This document shows positions 39,101-52,136 of a stretch of 64,000 nt of DNA, one piece after another; position 1 is the first letter of the stretch, and the number at the start of each line of letters is the position of its first letter. Source of the stretch: Octopus sinensis (lineage: Eukaryota); assembly GCF_006345805.1 (NCBI RefSeq), contig NC_043022.1, positions 9,362,001 through 9,426,000 of the forward strand. The letters are read 5' to 3'. The position numbers and the translations under genes were made by a program. A model generated the notes under the pieces. That model worked only from the letters and a program-made list of their open reading frames with translations, was not told where the DNA came from and ran no database searches.

Positions 39101-40373
39101 CACATAGCTCCAGGTTCAGTCCCACTCCATGGCACCTTGGGCAAGTGTTTTCTACTATAGCCTCATGTCAACCAAAGCCTTGTAAGTGAATCTGGCAGAC
39201 TGAAACTGAAAGAAGCCTGTCGTATATATATATATATATATATATATTTATGTGTTTGTGTCGGTGTTTATCCCCACTACAATCATTTGACAACTGATGT
39301 TAGTGTGTTTATGTCCCCGAAACCTAGCAGTTTCGCAAAAGTGATCAATAGAATCAGTAATAGGCTTACGAAAAATAAGTCCTGGGGTCGATTTCTTAGA
39401 CTAAAATCCTTTAATCTGGTGCTCCAATATGGCCACAGTCAAATGACTGGAATGTGTAAAAAAAAAATTAATAAAATAAAATAAACAAAAAAAGAATGTA
39501 TGTAACAGACACACACACACACAAGCTTATCCATACATACACACTAACCTAACAATTTGAGGGCATTTTGGTGGTGGCGGAGTGGTGTTGATAATTCTTT
39601 ATATAGCATGTGCGACTGTTACATCTGTTCTTACTTCTCTTCCTTGTTCTCCCACAAATACATCAATAAATACATTTTTTTTTTTAAAAAACCTCTCAGG
39701 GATTTTCAGTGTTTGTATTAAAATAACCCTGGAATGTCCTTTTGTTGTTGTTTTTGTTGTTGCTGTTGTTGTAATATGAATTTTTGATGAAATTTTTTTT
39801 TCTTTTCTTGGGCATGTGTGTATGCGTCTGTGTGTGATAGAGAGAGAGAATAATTTTATTTGGAATATAAAAATAGAAAATAGTTGTTTTTCTTTAATAA
39901 TTGTTTTCCAAAATCTATATATATATTATATACATTTACATACATATATTGTGTTTATATGTATTTTATATATATAAAATATATGTATTATATTATATAT
40001 ATATTATATATAAATTTCTATTATATTATACAGTAATTCGTAAGAAGTTGTTTCTCAAGCAAAATACATTGTGTAGACTGAATATATTCATCATAATATA
40101 GTAAAATAAATACAACTACTTCATAAGATGGATGTGATTCAAGAGAGAGAAAACCCAACACTCAAATCATTTCCATCTGAAGACTGACTGGTCTGTTTGC
40201 CCTAAAACTTTGGCATGGAACAGTTATATTTATCTGCTATATGATATATATATATATATATATTTGATAGTTTTCTTTGATAATTTTTCTTTTACTTACC
40301 TATCCACCTTCCCTCAGCAACCTTGGATTCTGGAAATTATTTTTATCCATGCATCTATTTATATGTGTGATAT

Positions 40374-40416
<43 letters not shown>

Positions 40417-40441
40417 CATACATATTTATACATACATACAC

Positions 40442-40482
<41 letters not shown>

Positions 40483-40906
40483 TGTATGTATATATATATA
40501 TACACACATATACGCATGCATATATATATATGTGCATATACATAAATATATATATGTGTGTGTTTGTATATATATATATGCATATACATATATATAGATG
40601 CATATATATACATATACATATATATACACACACATACATACACACACACACATGCACATATGCAGGGTGTCAATGTATTACCTTTACAATTTCAAAACTT
40701 CAGGAAAGAAAAAATGAAAAATAAGGATAAAACTCAGCAAAGTTTATTGAAAAATACTGGCAAACAAATAGTTTTGCTAGAAACATCGGAACATTCCTAC
40801 GTGGGTTCCATTGGTTGCACAAGCAACACATCTAGACAATACAAATAATGCAATGCAACAAACTGGGGAAGTTGTAAAGATAATTTATGAACACCTTGTG
40901 TGCACG

Positions 40907-41120
<214 letters not shown>

Positions 41121-41529
41121 ACGAAATGCATACTTATGGAGATTTTTGAATTTTTTTCCTTTTACTTTTTTTCAATTTTAAAAATATTATATAAAACAAA
41201 AATTAAAGAAAAAAAAATAGAAACAAAGTGAAAAATATAAAATGTTTCAGAAAATTATTTTTTCTTTTTCTTTTTAATTTTCTTATTCCATGTTTGTTTG
41301 TTGTTTTTTGTTTTTCTATACAATACATTATTAAACTAAAAACAATAAAATAGTATATCTATGTATATGTGAGTGGTCTTGTGTTCAAGGGAACATATTT
41401 GCAGGAAGTCTGAATCCCCTGATTTTACTATTATTATTATTATCGATATGATTATTATTATTATTATTATTATTATTGTCGTTGTTATTATTATTATTAT
41501 TATCGTTGTTATTATTATTATCATCATCA

Positions 41530-42105
41530 TTGACCTGTTGGGGCAAGTGAAATCGGAATCGAAATTGAACCAATTCTATGACTGGCACCCGGCAGCTGCC
41601 AGGGCCGCTGGACTGACTCCTGTACAGGTGGCAAGTAAAGAAACACCGTTTCGACCCTGTGCTTGAGGAGATCCATTGAGTCAAGTACACCAACATCAAA
41701 AATCAATGGAAACTGCAGTTGTGATCCCCGTGCCGGTGGCACATAAAAAGCAACATTCGAACGTGGCCGATGCCAGCGCCGCCTAGACTGGCTTCCGTGC
41801 CGGTGGCACGTAAAAAGCACCATCCGAACGTGGCCGATGCCAGTGCCGCCTTGACTGGCTTCCGTGCGAGTGGCACGTAAAAAGCACCAATCTGATCGTG
41901 GCCGATGCCAGCCTCGCCTGGCACGTAAAAAGCACCCACTACACTCACGGAGTGGTTGGCGTTAGGAAGGGCATCCAGCTGTAGAAACACTGCCAGATCA
42001 GACTAGAGCCTGGTGCAGCCAGATCCCCGATTGAACCATCCAACCCACGCTAGCATGGAGAATGGACGTTAAATGATGAAGGTGATGATGATGATGATGA
42101 TGATG
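41530..42105 (+). mobile_element. SINE-like family D with internal ~60-bp tandem units and (GAT)n tail
   Basis: Repeated GCCGGTGGCACGTAAAAAGCAC units, then GGAAGGGCATCCAGCTGTAGAAAC...GGACGTTAAATGATGA. Copies at ~1528-1745, ~7160-7480, ~19205-19520, ~20900-21205, ~57995-58632. Confidence 0.8.
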
Positions 42106-42139
42106 ATTATTATTATTATTATTATTATCATCATTATCA

Positions 42140-43173
42140 AGGCAGCCCAGTGTGCTGGCAGAATCGTTAGCACACCGGGTGAAATGCTTGGCGGTATTTT
42201 GCCTGTTGCTACATCCTGAGTTCAAATTCTGACGAGGTCGACTTCACCTTTCATCCTTTTGGGGTCAATAAATTAAGAACCAGTTGAGTACTTGGGCCGA
42301 TGTCGTCGACCATCCCCCTCCCCAAAATTTCAGGCCTTGTGCCTATAGTAGAAAGGATTATTATTATTATTATTATTATTAAGGCGGCAAGCTGGCAGAA
42401 TCATTAGCACTCTGGACGAAATGCTTAGCAGTATTTTGCCTGTCGATATGTTCCTAGTTCAAATTCTGACGAGGTCAACTTTGCTTTTCATCCTTTCAGG
42501 GTCGATAAATTAAGTACCAGTAAAGCACTGAGGTTAATGTAATCTACTAGTCCCCTCCAGCAAAATTTCAAGCCTTGCACCTTTAGTAGAAAGGACTATT
42601 ATTAAGGCAGTGAGCTGGCAGAATTGTTAGCATGCTGGACGAAATCCTTAGCGGTATTTCGCCTGTCGATACGTTCTGAGTTCAAATTCTACTGAGGTTG
42701 ACAACCCGTGAAACACTGGGGTCAATGTAATCAACTACTCCCTTTCCCCAAATTTCAGGCCTTGTGCCTTTAGCAGAAAGGATTATTATTATTATTATTA
42801 TCATTATCATCATTATCAAGGCAGCAAGATGGCAGAATCCTTATTGCACCAGACAAAATGCTTAGCAGCATTTCATCCATCTTTACATTCTGAGATCAAA
42901 TTCCATCAGGGTAAACCTTTACCTTTCACCCTTTCAGGGTCAGCAAGCAGGTAGAATTCTTAGCACACTGGACACAGTGCTAAGTGCACATATTCTGAGT
43001 TCAAATTCCGCTAAGGCCGACTTTGCCTTTCATCCTTTCAGGGTCCATGAAACAAGTACCAGTTATGCACTGGGGTCAATGTAATCGATTCGCCTTCCTT
43101 CTCCAAAATTTCAGCTCTTGTGCCTATAGTAGAGAGGATTATTATTGTCGCTGCCACTGCTGCTGCTGCTGCC

Positions 43174-43211
<38 letters not shown>

Positions 43212-43400
43212 CACCACCACTACTACTACTGCTGCTGCTGCTACTACTACTTCAGTGGTGAATTCACAGAATCATTAGTGTCAGACAAAATACCTTGCGG
43301 CATTTAGTTACAGAACTGTACATACTGAGTTCAAATCCTGCCATAGTCAGTTTTGCATTTCCTCTTTCCAGCACTTAATTTTATCATCATCTTTCAGAAG
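42140..43400 (+). mobile_element. Head-to-tail cluster of family B SINEs
   Basis: At least five copies (starts ~42140, 42382, 42605, 42819, 42940) separated by (ATT)n tails. Confidence 0.8.
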
Positions 43401-43517
43401 TTGATAAACCAATAGAACAAAATCTGGGATTTGTACAGGATGCAAGAGGTGTTTGAGAATATACTTAGTAACTTAATAAAAATGACTCTAATGTAGCAAA
43501 GACCAAATGCATCTTAA

Positions 43518-43984
43518 CCCCTTACCCAGCAAAGACAAGTTAACTCATCTTCATCCAATTTGTCTTTTTCAGAGGGCGACAAGTAAACTCATCCAAAACA
43601 TATAATTTCAAAAACAGCCACAGACGAGTTTATATGTCAATTTTCAGCATTTCTTGGTTTTTTGGGTATTTAATTTTTTTTTTTTTTACAAATTACACCC
43701 AGATGTCAAGTTCAGAAAAAAAAATATATAAAAAAAAGATTTTTGAGAGGACATGCTAAAAAAAAGAGTAAAATCAATGTGTAATTCCCCTTTACTTTTG
43801 ATGATAAACTTGGGGGAAAAAAGTAATAAATATAAAAAATATGGGAAGATGAGTTATCTTGTTTTTGCCAAAAATGGTATCTTCAAAATAAAATTTGTAG
43901 TAAAATATTATAAATAGATAAAAACAATAAAAAATTCATCTGAAAATGAAATGTTTTCAACCAAAAAATTCGCCGGGAAAGGGG
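43518..43984. mobile_element. piggyBac-like MITE, second family
   Basis: TTAA-CCCCTTACCCAGC...GCCGGGAAAGGGG-TTAA. Confidence 0.75.
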
Positions 43985-44079
43985 TTAATAGAGATTGTGC
44001 ACATGTTCTCAATAAGCCCGAGAACTCACTTTCATTTTTGAAATGAAATGAATCCACTTTTATTTTTGATAACTGCTTC

Positions 44080-44900
44080 AATCCTGGACTGGAATTATTG
44101 ACATACCTGCTTGTCAAAATGGTCCATATTTAATTCAAATATCATATGGACAAAGGCAGCTTCAAGTGAAGCTATGAGGACATCAATTAGTCTTCCTTTC
44201 AGCAACACTCCAAATGTAGACTTCTTTTTGCAAACAACTTGCAGATGCAAGTGCTACCAGTTGAAAGCTCTGCATACCAGATGCTAGCAAGTGCATGGGG
44301 TCATCAGGAGAGAATGCATGCCATTTCAGAGATTTAAATCTGGCAAATTTGGTGTTACCTGATTTTAGAAACGGTCTGATGTCCATTTTGGCATTACATA
44401 GGCTTTGTGAGAAGGTGCTGATTCTTGTTAAACACATATGGTCTTCTACTGCATACTTCATTCATCCAGGCATTAACAACTGTCTCCAGCAGACCTGTAG
44501 AAAGATGTGAGGCGGCACGACATGACCTTCATTTCTCACCACTCTTAAAACCATCACAGTTACTGAAAACTTAGTGTGCATCACTCTGGGGACATCAGAT
44601 GGATCTGCACATATCCATCTGTCATTTCTCCCGTTAGACTTTTGGTCTTGGTCAAATATTTTCTCACAAGTGAAGAACAAAAGCATACCATGTTCATGAA
44701 GATTTATAACCTTATTAAGTAACTGCTTAGCATGGACCAAACAGTTTTCCTATGTTGCTTTGCAAACATGAATTGGCTTCCCCTCAGTATATAGGGCTTC
44801 TATTAAAAGTCCTTGTGCACCCGTTCCAACAGTCCATTCTGACACCTGAAGTTCTTTGGTGATAGCCCTCATGGATTTTCCAAGCTCATCATCGATAATG
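44080..44900 (-). mobile_element. Decayed Tc1/mariner (maT-like) transposase
   Basis: FFTCEKIFDQDQKSNGRNDRW...VPRVMHTKFSVTVMV...EGHVVPPHIF and YIWSVAERKTN; frameshifts and stops. Confidence 0.8.
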
Positions 44901-45339
44901 TTTTAAACACCAAGGCAGATTCTTTTATAGCCAAATATCCTTCCTGTCACCAATCCTCACCAATTTCCAAGCAAGGTGATATTTCCTCAATGGCCAAACA
45001 TATTTTTCACAGAAGACTAGAAACAAACAACACTACATATATGACAATGATGCTCATTTACAACCACCACGTGATATCTAGACATGGGTACACACACATT
45101 CAATAGGCTTCTTTCAGTTTCCATCTCTAAAATCCACCCGAAAGGCATTGGTCAGACCTCATTTTCAATTTTTAGTCATGTACCAGTCTTCATTATCATC
45201 ATCATTTTTACATCTGTTTTTTTTTTTATTGCGGACATGGGTTAAACAGGAATTTTTGAGAAAATATTTCATACTCAGATTGTTCTACTTAACACTGATT
45301 CACTGAGTTACCTATTATGAGTCGTGGAGATATAGTGTA

Positions 45340-45660
45340 CAGTAATCCCTCGACTATTGCGGGTGTTGATTTCAAAAACCCCGCCACGATTTGTGAAAAT
45401 CTGCAAAGTAGAAACAGTACTGTACTGTATTCTTTTGTTCTTTTACTTGTTTCAGTCATTTGACTGTGGCCATGCTGGAGCACTGCCTTTAGTCAAACAA
45501 ATTGACCCCAGCACTTATTCTTTGGAAGCCTAGTACTTATTCAATCAGCGTCTTTTGCTGAACCGCTAAGTTACGAGGACGTAAACACACCAGCATCGAT
45601 TGTCAAGCGATGGTGGGGGAAACAAACACAGACACAGACACAATATATATACATACATAC

Positions 45661-45701
<41 letters not shown>

Positions 45702-46000
45702 CATATATATATACGACAGGCTTCTTCCAGTTTCCGTCTACCAAATCCACTCGCAAGGCTTTGGTCGACCCGAGACTATTGTAGGAGACATTGCCCAAGG
45801 TGCCACGCAGTGAGGTGGAACCCGGAACCATGTAGATGGAAAGCAAGGTTCTGACCACACAGCCACTCCTGCGCCTATCTGTATATTTTTTTATTATTTT
45901 ATAATTTGTATATATTTATTTTATTACAAATGCAAAACAACACCACAGAGGAATCGACGTAAGCTTAAATAATAAACCGCGATATGGCGAGCTGTTACTG
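45340..46000. mobile_element. Tigger/pogo-like MITE interrupted by a family A SINE
   Basis: TA-flanked imperfect TIRs CAGTAATCCCTCGACTATTGCGG / CCGCGATATGGCGAGCTGTTACTG; SINE nested at ~45430-45876. Confidence 0.6.
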
Positions 46001-46819
46001 TACTTATTCTATAAAAAAAAAACGGATACATGTGTAGCCGGAATATTCAACAATCGTCCGATATCACGATTCGCTAGAATATTGTCCACATGGTCGACAA
46101 AATCAAGCCGATCACGACTGTGGTGTATGCGAGAGAATCGAAATAAAGGCATCTACCTTCTCTTCGCTCTGATGGAGACCCTTCAACGGTAATGGATCCT
46201 TCAACACAGCCCGACCCGAACGCTAGAAATAGCAGCTGCTTCTCCCAACCTTAACAACGTGCTGGCGTCATCCCACAACGACTTCGCGTCAAATAGGCTC
46301 CAGCGACGATCTTTTCTTTGAGCACGCTTCCTTCTGAGCCTATCGACCAGTTTTTAAATTCAGTTTGTCGGGATCACTAGACGGAGAGCTTTGGGGTGCA
46401 ACAGAGAGAGCATTGACAGACACTAGGAGTTGACCAACAGCGTACAACACAAGGCCATGAGCAAGTTGGAGGATGAGCGAGAGAAGTCAGCAGACGATAA
46501 GCAACTAACACTTTATCTGCTGCTACAACTACACCAAGAATAAAAACTCGACGTTTTATCGTTCATGGTAACAACATTCATTTTTTGTGTAGGAAAAGAA
46601 TAAAATTTTGTTTAGCAAAATCCCAGCAGACTCCAGTGTTCTTTTCTGTACACATGTCAAACCATCCAAGTGAGAAAGTTGGTGGATGAACATACTGACA
46701 AACATCACAATTTTTTCAAACTTTCAAGTTTCATTTTAGAGCACCAATTGCTCTTTTCTTTTTTTTCTATTCCCCCACCCACCAATATAATCATAATCTA
46801 CACCGTCTGAAAGATATTT

Positions 46820-47212
46820 GTAGAAAATTCCATTAAAAATTATCCATTTTTCCGAAAGTTATCAAGAAACAAAGTCGGTGGGGCACGATTATATATATAT
46901 ACAGTGAAGGGGCCTACGTAAAGCCGTCTTGTCGGCTGGTGAAGAAAAATGCATATATTAATCAAATGCGGCGATTGTCTAAATACACTCACGTTTGGTT
47001 GCAATTCAGTAGAAAATTCCATTAAAAATTATCCATTTTCCGAAAGTTATGAAGAAACAAAGCCCCATTTTCCCCACCGAGTGCGGATCTAGATATTAAC
47101 CGAATTGTATATGTATACAATGAAGGGACCTGCATAAAGCCGTCTTGTCGGCTGGTGAAGAAAAATGTATATATTAATAAAATGTGGCGATTGTATATAT
47201 ACACTCACGTCT
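46820..47212. repeat. Tandem duplication of a ~190-bp unit
   Basis: GTAGAAAATTCCATTAAAAATTATCCATTTT and AAAGCCGTCTTGTCGGCTGGTGAAGAAAAATG occur in both units (starts 46820 and 47009). Confidence 0.85.
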
Positions 47213-47644
47213 TATTGCCATTCAGTAACTGTTATATACAATATATTTATACAAAAAATAATATAATTGACAGAAGCAATAAGATGAAGAAAAAACAAAA
47301 TCAAAATAGAAGAGAGCAGAGCAGAAATTATATCTGAAGCAAAAGGAGACTGATGTAGACCCCAGAAATATACGGTTTGCGTGAGAAAGTTGTATAAAGT
47401 TTTATATTTTAGTTAAGAAAAATTGATTTACCTTATTCAGGCCTTTGTGGAAACACGGGAAGGTTACATTCTTTATTGAGATTTTTTCTCTTAATTTTGA
47501 ATGATATATCAATGAACTGTGAGAGAGGGAAAGTAAAAATTTTAAACGTCTCAAGGCACATAACTCTCTGTCTTGGTATTAAATTATTGGATAGAGGGAG
47601 ACAATTCTTGTAATCCTATTAGTAACTTCATCGCTAGCAGCAAT

Positions 47645-48068
47645 CAATAATAATGAAATTATTGTATACAGTGCTCAGATGCACCACAACTTGTCAGAAA
47701 GTGCGTATAAATCATATGCAGTAATGTACAAATGTCTGGAAAGCGAACAATGTATGAGTCAGCTACATGCTTGTGTGTGTATGGAGGGGAGAAAATCAGG
47801 TGTAGTGTTGGCGAATCTCAGGAAGCATGGAAGTTTTGAAGGATGCAGGGCTCCGACAACTAACAACTGATGCCGGCAGTTTGCTCCATGCTTCAGCACC
47901 TCTTTGTGTGAAAAAATGTTTCCTAAAGTCATGGAAAGAGCTGTGCTGTTTTCTGACTTTGTAAATATGTCCACGGGTGTTAGACGGGTGGAGTTTAAAA
48001 AGGTGCTCAGAGTTATTGTTTGTAAGATGGTTAATAATTTTATGCGTGTCTGGCAAGTCAGCTGCCAA
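47645..48068 (-). mobile_element. 5'-truncated CR1-clade LINE 3' end
   Basis: LFKLHPSNTRGHIYKV...RKHFFTQRGAEAWSKLPASVV...SFK matches the CR1 ORF2 C-terminal pattern (TRGH, FF.R, W..LP..VV, FK), then a short UTR and ATT-like tail. Confidence 0.85.
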
Positions 48069-48846
48069 TATAAATTATTGTAGAATATTATAGATAAGGG
48101 GTAGAATAGATTTGTGTTCTAAAAACTTATTATAGAATATACCTAGCTTATTTATATTAATAGGTGAGGTAAGCTGTTATAAGAAAATCTCTTATAATTT
48201 TATAATTTCTAGATTAAAATTAATATTTACTTATCATGGGAATTGGCATAAATAGCTAGTGTTTAATACCGGATAAAGAAATGATCAAGCTATTGTGTTA
48301 AAGTTATATTATTAATAAGGCTTATATAAAATACTAAATTTAAATGTTTCTTATTTTAGAAACTTACGTCTTTGTTACCTCCCTTGCACTATGTCTTAAA
48401 GATTTTGACCTGCGTGCCAACTAATACCTTATTTACTAGGAATATCCTCATAAAAAGTTCTTCTAAATCCCCTTAATTAATATTCAAAACCTGATAAAGA
48501 ATAGATAATAATATCTAAGTTACTTGGTCTCTATTTCTCTAAAACACCCCCACCCTCATGATCTTTGTATGTATTAGAAAGCTTTATAAATAAAGAAGAA
48601 GATAACATTTTATAATTACCAATTAATAAATATAAATTAATATATAAGGAATAATAAAAACTTTTTCTTGAATCTATAATAGGACCCAAAATTTTACAAA
48701 AAATTCACAAAAAAGTCACTTCTATTGATTTTTTAATGGCTTTGCGGGGTGACTGGGGAAATGTAAAGATGTGCACGACCACCCTTGGACGGTTTTGAAT
48801 GACCATAGAAAGTGCGAGCCCTCTAACTGAAAAATTTATATATATA

Positions 48847-49204
48847 CTAGCAGTATCGCCTGGCGTTGCTCGGGTTTGTTTCGACCCGCTGGAATTGTAA
48901 TTTTGAAAAGTAAAAATTTTGTGAACATTTTTCTGGTCAAAATATACCGAAAAGTGGCGACACAGCAGTGAAAAAATCATAAAAAATAGGCATTTTCATA
49001 GAAAAAAGCAGCTTTTTGATGTAAATAATTTTTGGTGTTAACATGGTCCGATTTGAATTTTATGTTCTACGGAAGGAAGAGCAACCCTTCTTCTATCATA
49101 CTCTCAATTTTGGTCAACTTGCGCCGCAGGGTCTCGGAGGAGATAGTGTTAGTTGAAGGTTACCAAACGTGGCGCACACAGACAACTTCAGCTTTATATA
49201 GAGA
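48847..49204 (-). mobile_element. Non-autonomous Helitron-like element
   Basis: On - strand: A|TCTCTATATAAAG 5' end, subterminal GC-rich hairpin CCCGAGCAACGCCAGG and CTAG|T 3' end; AT target, no TSD. A second TC-type end lies at ~50350. Confidence 0.7.
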
Positions 49205-51718
49205 TAACACACACACATTAATACACATACATAGACACACACACACATGTATGTATGGATGTATATATGTACATCTGTCCACTTCTTGCAATATTTTTAT
49301 CCTTCATTTCCTACACACACACACACACACACCTTATTAGCTTACAATTTCTTTCTGTCAACAATTGACAACAGAAGTACGCTCGCCAATTAATACTACC
49401 AAAATTTAACGACAGAAAGTAAATTAAAAACCAATTTACCTTTTCTGTATTGTTATGGCAATCCGACCGTCGGTGTGTTTTTGCAAATGTGTTCGAATGA
49501 GAAGTGAGTTGTGTTTGGCGTCTTTTTTACTAATAACAAACACACACGTGTGTGTGTTTGAGTGTTTGTATGTAGTTGTTTGAAACGTTTGTGTTTGTCA
49601 CTGTCATATATGTATGTGTATGCGTGTGTGTGAGGAATGGCAAACCAGATAGATAGCGTGCGAAGTTCTTTTGAAGTTCGCGTGTCACACACGCACACAC
49701 ACACACACACACACGCACCCTCACACACACACACACGCACACACATACCACACGCACACACACACACGTTAGCTTACAATTTTATTTATATATTTGCGTG
49801 TCTATGTGTGTAAAGAGGAAGTGGGAATGCAGAGTGAAAGAGTGAAATGGTAAAATATTTATTTTTCTCGAATTTTTTCTGAAATGGGGGTGAAATTAAA
49901 AGAAATTTTGTATGCCATGACCGAATGGAAGTACTTTGAAAAATCATAGGTAAACTCTAATTGAAGAAATTGTGTGAGGAGTAAATCGTTATGTATTTAT
50001 TTGTTTCTGTTTGCTGTGTTGTTTTTTTTTTTGAGTAGTGGTTTAAGGTACACTTGCAAAGAGAAAGTGGGAGAAATTAGGGTGATAGCATCAGTGAAGC
50101 AGTTCGCTCCATTTGTGTGTGTGTGTGCTGTAGTCCACACTAAGAAAAGCACTTCACTTACACACCACAATGTGAGTTTTCTCTAAATTTTGCTTAATTG
50201 GGGTTGAAATTTTAAAAACCGGACCTGGCACGACCCGATGCATTCTACTCTTAAAAATGCTAGGTAAATTGTAATTGAAGAAATCCTATATTGTAGATTT
50301 CTATAAGAGACAAAGGGAGGCAGATAAAATCTGCCTTTTATAATAAGAGATATATATATCTGACACCTGTGCCAGTGGCACGTAAAAAGTACTATCTGAA
50401 CGTGATCGATGCCAGGGCTGCCTGACTGGCTCCTGTACTGGTGGTGCGTAAAAAACACCCACTACTCACTACACTCTCAGAGTGGTTGGCATTAGGAAGG
50501 GAATCGAGCTGTAGAAACATTGCCAGATCAGATTGGAGCTTGGTGCAGCCTTCTGGCTTTCCAGACCTCAGTTAAACCATCCAACTCATGCCAGCATTGA
50601 AAATGGACGTTATAAATGATGATGATGATATATATGTATTCTGGTTTTGTGTTTGCTTGTCGCCACCTCTGCTTGATAACTGATGTTGCTGCATTTACGT
50701 TCAAATAATTTGGTGGTTCAGTAAAAGGGCCCTATAAAAAACCAAATGAAGGGCAACTTTTCACTCCTGATTCCAAAAATGGTATTATATGTCTATGTAG
50801 AGAAAATATAGACTGAGATACAGGGGTCCCAGACAGACATATAGAATTTTAGTTTTATTAATATAGATTGTAGGTGCAAGAGTAGCTTTGTAGGACTGAA
50901 CCCGGAACCATGTGGTTCCGGGTTCAGTCCCACTGCATGGCACCTTGGGCAAGTGTCTTCTACTATAGCCTCGGGCCGACCAAAGCCTTGTGAGTGGATT
51001 TGGTAGACGGAAACTGAAAGAAGCTCGTTGTATATATGTATGTGTGTGTGTGTGTGTGTTTGTCCCCCCAACATCGCTTGACAACCAATGCTGGTGTGTT
51101 TGCGTCCCCATAACTTAGTGGTTCAGCAAAAGAGACCGATAGAATAAGTACTAGGCTTACAAAGAATAAGTCCTGGGGTCGATTTGCTCGTCTAAAGGCC
51201 ATGCTCCAGCATGGCCGCATTCAAATGACTAAAACAAGTAAAAGAGTAGAGTTACTAGTATTCAATATTTTCAAAATAATGATTAATACATAAGTTTTTA
51301 ATTTAGCAGGGTTATGAAGAAAAGCATCTTGTTTTGTTCATTATCCTTTAAATCAGTGTTTCTAAACCATTTCTTACCTATGGACCCCTTAGCTTCCTGT
51401 TTTACTCAGGTGGACCCTGTAGTCGTTTAGTGTTTAAAAAATCCTATTAAATTTTTTTTATAACTGACACTCCCTCACTTACAGGGTTCCAGTTGAACCA
51501 ATCAAAGGAACAGCTTGCTCATAAGATTAACATCCAAGTGGCTGAGCACTCTACAGACATGTGTACCCTTAACATAGTTCTCAAGGAGATTCAGCACGAC
51601 ACAGAGTGTGACAACACTAGCCCCTTGTTATTGATCTGAGGGACATATATCTCGGATGTAAACAGTTGTCAGTGATCAATTCGCATGCATGCACTCTGGA
51701 AGAAAATTTTAATTTAAG

Positions 51719-52136
51719 CGATCTTTTCGGTTTGAACGGCAGTTTTTTCTAACGGTATCATATGAAATTGTCACCCATAATTATGACCCTAGTATCGATC
51801 TATTGCATTTCTATCTGTTTTAGGGTTAGGGTTAGGGGTGGGGGAAAGAGTATCTTTTTTCTTCACAAATGTAAATAAACCCAATCTGTTTCTTAAACGA
51901 GGGACATATTCATACAGCACAGAATGTTGTTTACCTCAATGGACATCAGTGATTGGTTGAAATTGCAGAAATTGAAGAAAAAAAAACCAACAAATATCTT
52001 ACAAACTATAGAATTTTCTCAATAAAGCCAAGAGAAAAAGATGTTTTATAAACACATTCTACCAGTATACGAAGTTTAAAATTTTTTAGTTACCTAGAAA
52101 TTATGTTAAAAACTGCCGTTCAAACCAAAAAGATCC
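51719..52136. mobile_element. 8-bp-TSD MITE, copy 2
   Basis: Same TIRs as 29721-30144; TSD AATTTAAG/AGTTTAAG; internal TTAGGG repeats. Confidence 0.9.

Noticed and set aside
40105-40110. AATAAA as the PPM1E/F polyadenylation signal
   Set aside because: Several equivalent hexamers lie between 35042 and 41350; cannot choose without transcript data.
48069-48700. AT-rich block suggestive of a mitochondrial insertion
   Set aside because: No recognisable 12S/16S conserved motifs or mitochondrial ORF; more likely a decayed repeat.
51819-51838. TTAGGG repeats suggesting interstitial telomere
   Set aside because: Only about three units, internal to a MITE and present in its other copies.
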